NCBI GenBank assembly: GCA_964437755.1
Contig: CAYTIA010000003.1
Location: 7,641-71,640, forward strand
Direction of reading: 5' to 3'
DNA length: 64,000 nucleotides
Source: an uncultured Pseudomonadales bacterium
GTDB lineage: Bacteria; Patescibacteriota; Microgenomatia; UBA1400; PJMF01
This document shows, one piece after another, positions 47,422-56,439 of this stretch. Position 1 is the first letter of the stretch. Every line of letters starts with the position of its first letter. The translations under genes were made by a program, and so were the position numbers. The notes below the pieces were generated by a model. The model saw only the letters and a list, made by a program, of their open reading frames with translations, had not been told where the DNA came from and searched no databases.

Positions 47422-47542
47422 TAATTAATTTAAGGTAGTATACCATCTCGAAAGATGAAAATTGCTTGAATGATAATTAACAAAAATTCCGACTAATTAT
47501 TTACTTGTTATTACAAGAATTTTTTATTAAACAAATGTATTT

Positions 47543-48406
47543 ATGCCAATTGAAATAATTGTCGCCCAGCCTCATGGATTTTGTGGAGACTCAGTTTTTG
47601 GAGTTAGTGCCGCAATCAGCAAAGCTATTGAGGCCAGCAAAGAATATCCAGGCAATACTTTTTTACTTAAAGAAATTGTTCATAACTCTCATGTAGTAAA
47701 CTGGCTTTTTGACAAATATGGTTTAAAAACAGTTTCAAGTTTAGAAGAAATTCCGGAAGGCTCTGTTGTTGTTCTGAGATCTCATGGTTCATCTCCAGAA
47801 ACATATCAACTAGCCAAACAAAGAAACTTAACAATCATTGATACTACCTGTCCCCTAGTTATTGGAGCTCAAAGACAAGCTAAGAAACTCGCCAACAAAG
47901 GAAGAAAAATTATATATCTTGCTAGTGCCAAAGATCATGATGAAGCTATAAGTGTTTACTATCAGGCACCCGATTCAACAACAATTACAACACTTAATGA
48001 AATTCTTGATTTAAAAATAGAAGATCCCGAAAACACCATAATTTTAACCCAAACAACCCTATCAACTCTTGAAACAGCTAAAGTGTTTTCTCAATTGAAA
48101 AAAAGATATCCCATGATTACAATAGTCCCCCACATCTGCCCTGCCACCACCGCTCGACAACAAGCAGTGATTAAGTTGGCAAAAGAGATCGGTTTTGTGA
48201 TTATTGTTGGTCATCCAACCAGCTCTAACTCCAACAGATTAAAAGAGGTTGCAACTGATTCTGGAGCTGAGGCTTATATAGTTGATACGGAAACGGATTT
48301 GCAGAAAAAGTGGTTTATTAACAAAAAGAAAGTAGCTATAAGCTCCGGGGCAAGTACTCCAGACTGGTTGCTCCAGAGAGTTATAGATAAAATCAAGGAA
48401 ATCTAG
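47543..48406 (+). CDS. ispH: HMBPP reductase
   Basis: GFC, IVHN, RSHG, DTTCPLV, QTTLS, ICPAT..RQ, SSNSNRL, GASTPD. Confidence 0.95.
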   Translation: MPIEIIVAQPHGFCGDSVFGVSAAISKAIEASKEYPGNTFLLKEIVHNSHVVNWLFDKYGLKTVSSLEEIPEGSVVVLRSHGSSPETYQLAKQRNLTIIDTTCPLVIGAQRQAKKLANKGRKIIYLASAKDHDEAISVYYQAPDSTTITTLNEILDLKIEDPENTIILTQTTLSTLETAKVFSQLKKRYPMITIVPHICPATTARQQAVIKLAKEIGFVIIVGHPTSSNSNRLKEVATDSGAEAYIVDTETDLQKKWFINKKKVAISSGASTPDWLLQRVIDKIKEI

Positions 48407-48418
48407 ATAGATTAGTTT

Positions 48419-49552
48419 ATGAAAAGAATTGCAATTCTTGGTTCAACTGGACAAATTGGAACTCAAGCGCTTGAGGTTATTTCACACCACCCTGATGAAT
48501 TAAGCGTTGTCAGTTTAGTCTGCAATAATCCATCGAAATTGTTTTTAGAACAAGTCAAAAAATTTTCTCCCAAACACGCAATTGCTGCTTCAAGAGACGG
48601 AGATGAGGCTGTTGTTGCTGCCACAATTGATCCAGAAGTAGATTTAGTAATTGTAGCGGTTGTTGGTACTGCAGGAGTTCTTCCAACCCTTGAAGCAATT
48701 AGACACAATAAAACAATCGCTTTGGCAACAAAAGAGGTTTTAGTACTGGCCGGAGAGATAATAATGGATGAAGCATTAAAATATCATTCCTCAATAATTC
48801 CTCTAGATAGTGAACACTCAGCAATTTTTTCTTTAATCAATCAAACAAAAAATAAAGAAATTAGGAATATTTACATAACCATGGGAGAAGGACCTATTGC
48901 GAAAATGAGTTCTGAACAACTTTCTAGAGTTACCATTAAAGATGTGAATAATCGCCCAAAGTGGACCATGGGAACAAAAATAGCTGTGGATAGTGCTACC
49001 TGTATAAATAAAACGTTTGAAGTAATAGAAGCACATTGGTTATTTGGGTTAACTCCGAATCAAATAAAGATTGTGGTTCATCCTGAATATTTGTGCCACT
49101 CTCTAGTTGAGTTCGTAGATGGTTCTATTGCAGCAGAAATCGGTACACCAGACATGAAACGCTATATTCACTACGCATTGTTTTATCCTGAAAGAAAAAC
49201 CTCGGGGTTTAGCTCTTATTTAGATTTATATGGCCAGTCACTCTCATTTAAAAAGTCGCCAATTGATAAGTTCCCCTGTCTTGGTTTTGGTCATCGAGTC
49301 ATAGCCGAAGATAAATTAATGCCAGCAGTATTGCACGGTGCAGATCGGGCAGCGGTAGAGGCTTTTGTCAATAAAAAAGCTTTTTTCACCGATATTCCAA
49401 CAATTATTACTAGAACACTAGATTTTTTTAGTAACCAAATTTCAAAAAAATCAACAATCTTATCTAAGGAGAAAGATGTTGATCAAAAACTTAAAATAAT
49501 TCTAGACATTGAGCAATCAGCATACATACAAGCACAACAATATTTAAATTAA
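48419..49552 (+). CDS. dxr: DXP reductoisomerase (divergent)
   Basis: ILGSTGQIG, LATKE, PLDSEHSAIF, WTMG.KI.VDSAT..NK..EVIEA, PDM. Confidence 0.9.
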   Translation: MKRIAILGSTGQIGTQALEVISHHPDELSVVSLVCNNPSKLFLEQVKKFSPKHAIAASRDGDEAVVAATIDPEVDLVIVAVVGTAGVLPTLEAIRHNKTIALATKEVLVLAGEIIMDEALKYHSSIIPLDSEHSAIFSLINQTKNKEIRNIYITMGEGPIAKMSSEQLSRVTIKDVNNRPKWTMGTKIAVDSATCINKTFEVIEAHWLFGLTPNQIKIVVHPEYLCHSLVEFVDGSIAAEIGTPDMKRYIHYALFYPERKTSGFSSYLDLYGQSLSFKKSPIDKFPCLGFGHRVIAEDKLMPAVLHGADRAAVEAFVNKKAFFTDIPTIITRTLDFFSNQISKKSTILSKEKDVDQKLKIILDIEQSAYIQAQQYLN

Positions 49553-49566
49553 ATTAACAAACACGC

Positions 49567-50259
49567 ATGACATCAGCAATTATTACTTGCGCCGGAAACC
49601 ACACAAGATTTGGAACAAATAAATTACTTGCAGATTTATGCGGTAAACCTGTTTTTATTAGAACAATTGAAAGTTTTTCAAAAGTTAGATCAATCTCGGA
49701 AATAATTGTGTCTGTTAGAAAAGAACACTACTCTCTTTATCAAAAACTTGTTCAAGAAAATGGATTATCTAAAGTTATATTAACCGAAGGAGGAAAGGAA
49801 AGATTTTTATCAGCTTTTAACGGTGTAAGAAAGTGTAAGAGCTCAAAAGTATTAATACATGATGGCGCAAGACCGCTTGTTTCTCCAAAATTAATCAAGA
49901 GAGTTGTTCAAGCTATTTCTGAACCATCTACTCATGCAGTTATTACAGCGCTTAGGCCTGTCACTTGTATAAAAAGAGGTCGAGAGTTTCAAGTTGAAGA
50001 GTGTCTCGATCGATCTGCTACTTGGGTAGCACAAACACCCCATGCCTATGATAAAGAGTTAATTCTAAAGGCTTACCAAAGGGCAATTGATAATGATGAT
50101 TTTAATGCGATGGATGATAGTGAGCTTGTATTCGCTTATAAAGTTCCAATAAAAGTTGTCGAGGGCGAAGACCACAATTTAAAAATCACGGTTCCAACAG
50201 ACCTTACCATTGCAAGATGTTTATATCAATCTCTTAATAACTCAGAAAGTAAAAAATGA
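49567..50259 (+). CDS. ispD: MEP cytidylyltransferase
   Basis: AG..TRFG.NK, GGKER..S, VLIHDGARP, AQTP, NLKIT...DL. Confidence 0.92.
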   Translation: MTSAIITCAGNHTRFGTNKLLADLCGKPVFIRTIESFSKVRSISEIIVSVRKEHYSLYQKLVQENGLSKVILTEGGKERFLSAFNGVRKCKSSKVLIHDGARPLVSPKLIKRVVQAISEPSTHAVITALRPVTCIKRGREFQVEECLDRSATWVAQTPHAYDKELILKAYQRAIDNDDFNAMDDSELVFAYKVPIKVVEGEDHNLKITVPTDLTIARCLYQSLNNSESKK

Positions 50260-50762
50260 TTAGAGTTGGATTAGGGCAAGACAGCCACCCATTAATAAAA
50301 AAAAGCTCTGCAGATAAGCAAAAAATGCTGACATTGGGAGGAATGGAAATTGAGTGCGATTACTATCTTAAAGCAGATTCTGACGGCGATGTGATTATTC
50401 ACGCTGTTTGTAATGCTCTTTCCACAGCGATTGGAGAGGGCTCTCTAGACACATGGACTGGCAAGATGTTTAGACGAGGAATTACTGACAGCAAAAAGTT
50501 TTTGGAGCCTATTTTAAAAAGAATCAATGATAAAAATTTTCAAATCGCAAACCTATCAATCATGATCGAGGCTTCACAGCCAAAATTAGAAAAATATAGA
50601 GAGAATATTAGTAACTCTTTAGCCAAACTTTTAAACATTTCTCTAGATCAAATCGGCATGGCTTTTACTTCTGGAGAGGGTTTAACAAGTTTTGGTAAGG
50701 GAAAAGCTATCCAGGCTTTTTGTAATGTATTAATTGTACAAAAAAATTCCAATCCAGTTTAA
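50256..50762 (+). CDS. ispF: MEcPP synthase
   Basis: RVGLGQDSH, LGG, SDGDVIIHA, TSGEGL..FGKG. Confidence 0.9.
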   Translation: MIRVGLGQDSHPLIKKSSADKQKMLTLGGMEIECDYYLKADSDGDVIIHAVCNALSTAIGEGSLDTWTGKMFRRGITDSKKFLEPILKRINDKNFQIANLSIMIEASQPKLEKYRENISNSLAKLLNISLDQIGMAFTSGEGLTSFGKGKAIQAFCNVLIVQKNSNPV

Positions 50763-51675
50763 AAAAATATTTATGCTGGCAAAACATTTTCTCACCACTC
50801 TATCTCCAGCAAAAGTTAATCTTGGTCTCTCGATTTTAAATAAGTTACCAAATGGTTATCATGAGGTTAAAACCATTTATAGTCAGATCTCATTATTTGA
50901 TGAGCTATCTTTTATATTACTCGATACAGACGATGTGACACTAAAATCTAACTCGTCTGAAATTCCTAAAGATGAAAAAAATTTAGTTATTAAAGTTGCA
51001 AAACTTATCCAAAAACAACTTGGAGTAAACAAAGGCGTTCATATTAAAATTACTAAAAATATTCCCATTGAATCTGGACTTGGTGGAGGCAGCTCCAACG
51101 CAGCTCAAACAATTCTAGCCGTCAATCAGTTATGGAAGTTAAATCTAACTCAATCAGAGATGATTGAGTTAGCAAAAACTATTGGGGCAGATGTAGCGTA
51201 TCAACTAGAGGGAGGTATTAAACTCGAAACCCAAGGAGGAAAGGGTTCTGGTCAATTTGAAAATCTTCCAAACTTACCAAAGTGTTTAATCGTCCTTTGT
51301 TTTCCTGGAGTTAGTATTTCAAGTTTTTTGGCATATGAAGAGTTTGACAGGTTTAAAACTAAAGAATACACAACTCAAGCAAATAATTTAGCACCATTGA
51401 TTGAGGCTATAAAAAAGCAAAACATAAGCCTTATTGGAAGAGGTCTTTTCAACGATTTTGAAACTCTAATATTCAAAAAATATCCTCTATTAAAAGGTAT
51501 TAAAAATCAAATGATAGAATATGGAGCACAAGGAGCACTGCTCAGCGGAAAAGGATCATCGGTTTTTGGTTTATTTTCAAACAAAACAGATGCTCAAAAA
51601 ACCTATGAGAAATTACTTAAAAAATATCCCCATACTTATTTAACAACACCATATGAAAAAGAGGAAAAAAACTAA
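50734..51675 (+). CDS. ispE: CDP-ME kinase
   Basis: PAKVNL.L..NGYHE, KNIP..SGLGGGSSNAA, GADV, NDFE, LSGKGSSVF. True start is probably the later ATG (MLAKH). Confidence 0.93.
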   Translation: MYKKIPIQFKKIFMLAKHFLTTLSPAKVNLGLSILNKLPNGYHEVKTIYSQISLFDELSFILLDTDDVTLKSNSSEIPKDEKNLVIKVAKLIQKQLGVNKGVHIKITKNIPIESGLGGGSSNAAQTILAVNQLWKLNLTQSEMIELAKTIGADVAYQLEGGIKLETQGGKGSGQFENLPNLPKCLIVLCFPGVSISSFLAYEEFDRFKTKEYTTQANNLAPLIEAIKKQNISLIGRGLFNDFETLIFKKYPLLKGIKNQMIEYGAQGALLSGKGSSVFGLFSNKTDAQKTYEKLLKKYPHTYLTTPYEKEEKN

Positions 51676-52717
51676 AAAAATTAAGGTTGGAGACATTTAC
51701 ATTGGAGGAGATTCTCCCATTACTGTTCAATCAATGATAAAGGTAGATGCCAGAGATGCTAAGGCTGTTTTAAAACAAATTCACGAGTTAGAAGAGGTTG
51801 GTTGTGAAATCATTAGAATGAACATTCTAGACAATGCTGGACTAGAAACTTTTAAGATTATCTCAAAAAAGGCCCATATTCCTGTGGTAGCAGACATTCA
51901 CTTCGATTATCGATGGGCTATTCAAGCAATGGAGTTTGGAGTTCAAAAAGTAAGAATAAATCCTGGAAATATTGGAGATGAATCAAAAGTCGCAAAAGTT
52001 GTTGAAAAAGCAAAAAAATTTCACGTTCCTATCAGAATCGGGGTAAATTCTGGATCAATAGAAAAAGAGCTTTTGCAAAAATACAAACATCCAACAGCTG
52101 AAGCAATGGTTGAGTCAGCTGCTCGGCACATTGAGATGTTAGAAAAACATGATTTTGATCAAATTATAGTTTCCCTTAAAGCTTCAAATGTTAGACTGAT
52201 GACCGAAGCAAACCGCTTATTTTCAACAAAATATGACTATCCCCTACATTTGGGAGTAACAGAAGCCGGACCAGAAAAACTAGGAACTATTAAATCTAGT
52301 GTAGGCATAGGAAGCTTGCTATTAGACGGCATAGGAGACACAATAAGAGTATCTTTAAGCGGGGATCCTAAAGAAGAAATTTTTGTTGGTAAAGAGTTGC
52401 TGAAATCTCTTGATTTAAGACAAGGCCCAACTCTTATTTCTTGCCCCACTTGTAGCAGAACTCAATATGACATGATTCCTCTAGTTAAAAAAGTAGAAAA
52501 ATACTTAAAAAAAATTGATAAACCAATAAAAGTCGCCATTATGGGCTGTATTGTTAATGGCCCAGGCGAAGCAAGAGAGGCAGATGTAGGAATTGCCGGA
52601 GGTCGAAATTCAGGAGTGTTGTTTATCAAAGGAGAAATTGTGAAAAAAGTTGAGGAAGACAAGATGTATGAAGAACTCATTAACACAGTTGAGTCAATAA
52701 TTAACAAAAATAAGTAG
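51653..52717 (+). CDS. ispG: HMBPP synthase
   Basis: VQSM, ADIHF, RINPGNIG, RIGVNSGS, HLGVTEAG, GDTIRVSL, CPTCSR, MGCIVNGPGE. Confidence 0.96.
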   Translation: MKKRKKTKKIKVGDIYIGGDSPITVQSMIKVDARDAKAVLKQIHELEEVGCEIIRMNILDNAGLETFKIISKKAHIPVVADIHFDYRWAIQAMEFGVQKVRINPGNIGDESKVAKVVEKAKKFHVPIRIGVNSGSIEKELLQKYKHPTAEAMVESAARHIEMLEKHDFDQIIVSLKASNVRLMTEANRLFSTKYDYPLHLGVTEAGPEKLGTIKSSVGIGSLLLDGIGDTIRVSLSGDPKEEIFVGKELLKSLDLRQGPTLISCPTCSRTQYDMIPLVKKVEKYLKKIDKPIKVAIMGCIVNGPGEAREADVGIAGGRNSGVLFIKGEIVKKVEEDKMYEELINTVESIINKNK

Positions 52718-52773
52718 TTTAGTTCCACTGAGTTGTTCGCCTGTGATAAAATCTTCAAGAAAGAGGATATTTA

Positions 52774-55035
52774 ATGTTACCTAAAAACTATAACCACCAG
52801 CAATACGAGCAAGATATTTATGATCTTTGGGAAAAGAATAACTCCTTTAATCCAGATTACAAAAAATCTTCAAAAAAAACTAACTCACAAACTCCATTTA
52901 CGATAATCATGCCTCCACCAAATGCAAATGATCCTCTTCACGTGGGTCACGCGATGTTTGTGACGGTTGAAGATATTTTAATACGTTTCCACAGAATGCT
53001 TGGAGATGACACCCTCTGGCTTCCTGGCACCGATCACGCCGGAATCGAAACTCAGTTTGTATATGAAAAAAAATTGCAAAAAGAAGACAAGTCTCGTTTT
53101 GATTTTGATCGTGAAACCTTGTACAAAAATATTTGGGATTATGTTCAGGAGAATTCTGATACAGCCGTTTCTCAAATTAAAAAGCTTGGTGCTAGCGCTG
53201 ATTGGTCGAGATTTAAATTTACTTTAGATGAAGATATTGTTAAAACAGTTCTAGAAACTTTTATAAAACTTAACAAAAAAGGATTGATTTATCGAGCAAA
53301 TAGATTAGTAAATTACTGTACAAAATGTGGAACTGGCTTCAGCGAACTTGAGATTAATCATCAAGAACAGCTCTCTTGTCTTTATTATATTAAGTATGGT
53401 CCACTAGTTGTAGCAACCACTCGTCCTGAAACCAAGTTTGCTGATATAGCGCTTGCTGTCCATCCCAATGATAAAAGATATCAAAAATACGTGGGCTCAG
53501 TTTTAGAAATTCCGTGTATTCATCAAACTTTTCATTTACCAGTAATTGCTGACGAGTTTGTTGATCCGAAGTTTGGAACTGGCGTAGTAAAAATCACCCC
53601 ATATCATGATAAAAATGATTTTGATTTCTGGCAAAGACATCAGAACAATCCCCTTCTTAAAAACACCGTTCCTGACACAGCAATTAATTATGATGGAAGA
53701 CTCACAAAACTTGCTGGTCCACTCGAGGGATTAACTGTATTCTCAGGAAGAAAAGAAGTTGTTGCAAAACTTGAAGAAAAAAAGCTTTTAGTAAAAATTG
53801 ATGACAAACACAAAAACAATTTAGCTACTTGCTACAGATGTAAAAGAGCCATTGAACCTCTCCCCTTATCTCAATTTTACATTAAAACTAAACCTCTCAT
53901 CGAACCCGTATTAGAGGCTTTAGAAAACAAAGAGGTGAAAATTTATGGCGCTGGACATGACAAAATTCTTAAGCATTGGCTAGAAATCTTAGACGATTGG
54001 AATATTAGTCGTCAAATTGTTTGGGGAATTCGCATTCCCGTTTGGTATGACACTAATACTAATCCTGACTTGAGAGTTATTTTCTTTGACAAAAACAAAG
54101 AAAAAATTTCCGGAATTATCGGTGAACTAACTCAAAAATATTCTCTTGAGGAGATTAAAAAAGGTCTCCAATCTCTTAGTGCTTCAGCTAAAGCAAACTA
54201 TGAGATTTCATTAACCGAGCCTTCTTCAAACCATATTCAAGAAACCGATACGTTTGATACCTGGTTTTCTTCGAGCCAATGGCCAGTAGCAACGCTTTTA
54301 AACTCAAACGATGATGATTTTGAGCGCTTCTACCCCACTCAGGTAATGGAAACAGCCTATGACATTTTGATGTTTTGGGTAATGAGAATGTTAATGATGG
54401 GGATATTTCTTACAAACAAAGTTCCATTTAAAAATGTTTATCTCCATGGACTGATTAGAGACTCTAAAGGACGAAAGATGAGCAAGAGCGTGGGCAATGT
54501 TATTAATCCGCTTCAAATAACCGAAAAATACGGCGCTGACGCGCTGAGAATGGCGCTTATAATTCGATCGTCGGCCGGTTTAGACAAGTCTGTCGGAGAT
54601 GCTGATTTCAAGGCAGCCAGAAACTTAACCAATAAGCTCTGGAATGCAGCTAGATATATTCTGTTATCAATAGAAGAAAAATCAGATAAATCGATCCAAA
54701 CTGATAAAACTTCAAAGAGTTTTGACAAAATATTTTTAGAAAAACTTGGCTTAATCACTAACGATATAACTAACCAGCTTGATAAGTTTCAAATCGGTTT
54801 AGCAGCCGATACAGTTTATTCAGAATTTTGGCACTGGTTCTGCGATATCTGTATTGAAGAGAATAAAAAAGGTAATTTATCTGACTACTTGTTACTTGAG
54901 GGACTTGCAACATTTTTAAAACTATTCCACCCATTTATTCCTTTTGTAACGGAACAGCTTTGGCAAACTCTTTTCGAAATGGAATTAGTCTCAGAACCAT
55001 TGTTAATTTTAAGTTCCTGGCCAAAGAATCTTTAA
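52774..55035 (+). CDS. valS: Valyl-tRNA synthetase (no C-terminal coiled-coil arm)
   Basis: PPPNA..LHVGHA, GTDHAGI, TTRPET, DWNISRQIVWG, DTWFSS, KMSKS. Confidence 0.96.
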   Translation: MLPKNYNHQQYEQDIYDLWEKNNSFNPDYKKSSKKTNSQTPFTIIMPPPNANDPLHVGHAMFVTVEDILIRFHRMLGDDTLWLPGTDHAGIETQFVYEKKLQKEDKSRFDFDRETLYKNIWDYVQENSDTAVSQIKKLGASADWSRFKFTLDEDIVKTVLETFIKLNKKGLIYRANRLVNYCTKCGTGFSELEINHQEQLSCLYYIKYGPLVVATTRPETKFADIALAVHPNDKRYQKYVGSVLEIPCIHQTFHLPVIADEFVDPKFGTGVVKITPYHDKNDFDFWQRHQNNPLLKNTVPDTAINYDGRLTKLAGPLEGLTVFSGRKEVVAKLEEKKLLVKIDDKHKNNLATCYRCKRAIEPLPLSQFYIKTKPLIEPVLEALENKEVKIYGAGHDKILKHWLEILDDWNISRQIVWGIRIPVWYDTNTNPDLRVIFFDKNKEKISGIIGELTQKYSLEEIKKGLQSLSASAKANYEISLTEPSSNHIQETDTFDTWFSSSQWPVATLLNSNDDDFERFYPTQVMETAYDILMFWVMRMLMMGIFLTNKVPFKNVYLHGLIRDSKGRKMSKSVGNVINPLQITEKYGADALRMALIIRSSAGLDKSVGDADFKAARNLTNKLWNAARYILLSIEEKSDKSIQTDKTSKSFDKIFLEKLGLITNDITNQLDKFQIGLAADTVYSEFWHWFCDICIEENKKGNLSDYLLLEGLATFLKLFHPFIPFVTEQLWQTLFEMELVSEPLLILSSWPKNL

Positions 55036-55050
55036 TTTTATAACTTAAGT

Positions 55051-55509
55051 GTGAAAAAAAATATAAAGAATTATCTCTTTGCTCTCAAAATCTTGTTGGG
55101 AATTGCTCAGTCACTTTTCTCTTTTTCTTTTTCCCTCTTCTCTTCTCAGATTAACAAAAATCTTGCCCTAATGATCGCTTATTTTTTGATCTTTACTCAA
55201 GTAATTATTATTTTTTCATACTACAACCAAACAAGAATTGAACAAAAAAGTTCTTTAGCAACCTATAATACTATCGTTAGTGATGGGTTTAACTTAAGCA
55301 GGATCAATACAATTGAAGTTTTTTCAACAGACAATGTTGATTGTAGCCATGAACTTGTAGACAAGCCAATAAATAGCTCTCTATTATCAAGAGATTTTAT
55401 TATTAACTGTGCATTTAAACACCTGGCTTCTGGAAACGAAGAGCAATATTTAAAAAATATCGAGCTCGCCAAACAAATAGATCCAAACTGGATTGGTTGG
55501 AAAAAATAA
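55051..55509 (+). CDS. Hypothetical membrane protein with TPR-like C-terminus
   Basis: Hydrophobic N-terminal half; ..AKQIDPN end. Confidence 0.5.
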   Translation: MKKNIKNYLFALKILLGIAQSLFSFSFSLFSSQINKNLALMIAYFLIFTQVIIIFSYYNQTRIEQKSSLATYNTIVSDGFNLSRINTIEVFSTDNVDCSHELVDKPINSSLLSRDFIINCAFKHLASGNEEQYLKNIELAKQIDPNWIGWKK

Positions 55510-55538
55510 ATTCGTTAACTAAAGAAAAAAAACAGCAA

Positions 55539-56219
55539 TTATTTACTACTCTCCTCTTCTGATTTGTTTCCTTTATCCTTAGAGCTGTCTTTTGTTTCAT
55601 CTTCCTCATCTTTTTCTTTTTCACCAATTATCTCTGTTTCTAGTTCTTCAGTCTCTTCCTCTACTTCTTCCCTAACTTCCTGAACAAGAATAATAGGTGC
55701 CTCTTCACCCTCTTCTCCAATAATCAGCTTTACCTTGTTTCTATCAAAAACCAGATCAGCTAAAGTAATTGATTGACCTATCTCAGTTAAAGACTCAATG
55801 TTAATCTCAAAATGTTCAGGTAAATCTGTTGGAAGGGCTTCTACTTCAATTTCATCTCTAACGGTTACAAGTACTGCATCAGGAACATCAAATTTCCCAA
55901 CCAAAACCACCGGAATAAGAGCTTCTGTTTTTTGTTTAAGGTCTACAGCCCTGAATGAAACATGAACTGGAGTATCTTTTGTGGGGTGCCACTGAACCTC
56001 CTCAATCATAACGGGAATCTCAGTTTTATCTAATGATAGATACGCCACAGCCGACTCACCAACAACAGAATACATTGATAAAAAATCCTTTGTATTAATA
56101 ACTATTGACCTCGATTCCTTGTTTGATTGAAAAATGTTTGCAGGAACGCCTGTTTTTCTAATCTTATTTAAATTTTCTTTTACAGCTCTTAATTGAACGT
56201 TATAAATGTTTTTTTTCAT
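55539..56219 (-). CDS. rplY: 50S ribosomal protein L25/CTC
   Basis: RKTGVPANIF, EVQWHP..PVHVSF, IPVVLVG, EVEALPTDLPE, acidic tail. Confidence 0.92.
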   Translation of the reverse strand: MKKNIYNVQLRAVKENLNKIRKTGVPANIFQSNKESRSIVINTKDFLSMYSVVGESAVAYLSLDKTEIPVMIEEVQWHPTKDTPVHVSFRAVDLKQKTEALIPVVLVGKFDVPDAVLVTVRDEIEVEALPTDLPEHFEINIESLTEIGQSITLADLVFDRNKVKLIIGEEGEEAPIILVQEVREEVEEETEELETEIIGEKEKDEEDETKDSSKDKGNKSEEESSK

Positions 56220-56439
56220 ATAAATGTGTCGTTAGCTAATCATTGTTAATTAGTCTTAAAAAATTGTAAATTATTTATTAACTTTCTAAGCGGGACATTG
56301 TATCAGATATGAAGCATTGTGTAAAAGAGCACTCTTACAGTATAGGAGAGATGTATTTATACACATTTTATATGTATTTTTCACGTGCTGTTATTACACA
56401 TCTTTGTATATTGATATACATAGGTTGGCTTTAATATAT

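Noticed and set aside
48404-48421. ispH-dxr fusion by readthrough (in frame: TAG ATA GAT TAG TTT ATG)
   Set aside because: It needs two amber readthroughs, in-frame spacing has a 1-in-3 chance, and both genes are complete alone.
56220-56439. ncRNA or L25 leader in the 220-bp gap upstream of rplY
   Set aside because: Only weak hairpins and a likely TGaTACAAT promoter are visible; no recognisable RNA motif.
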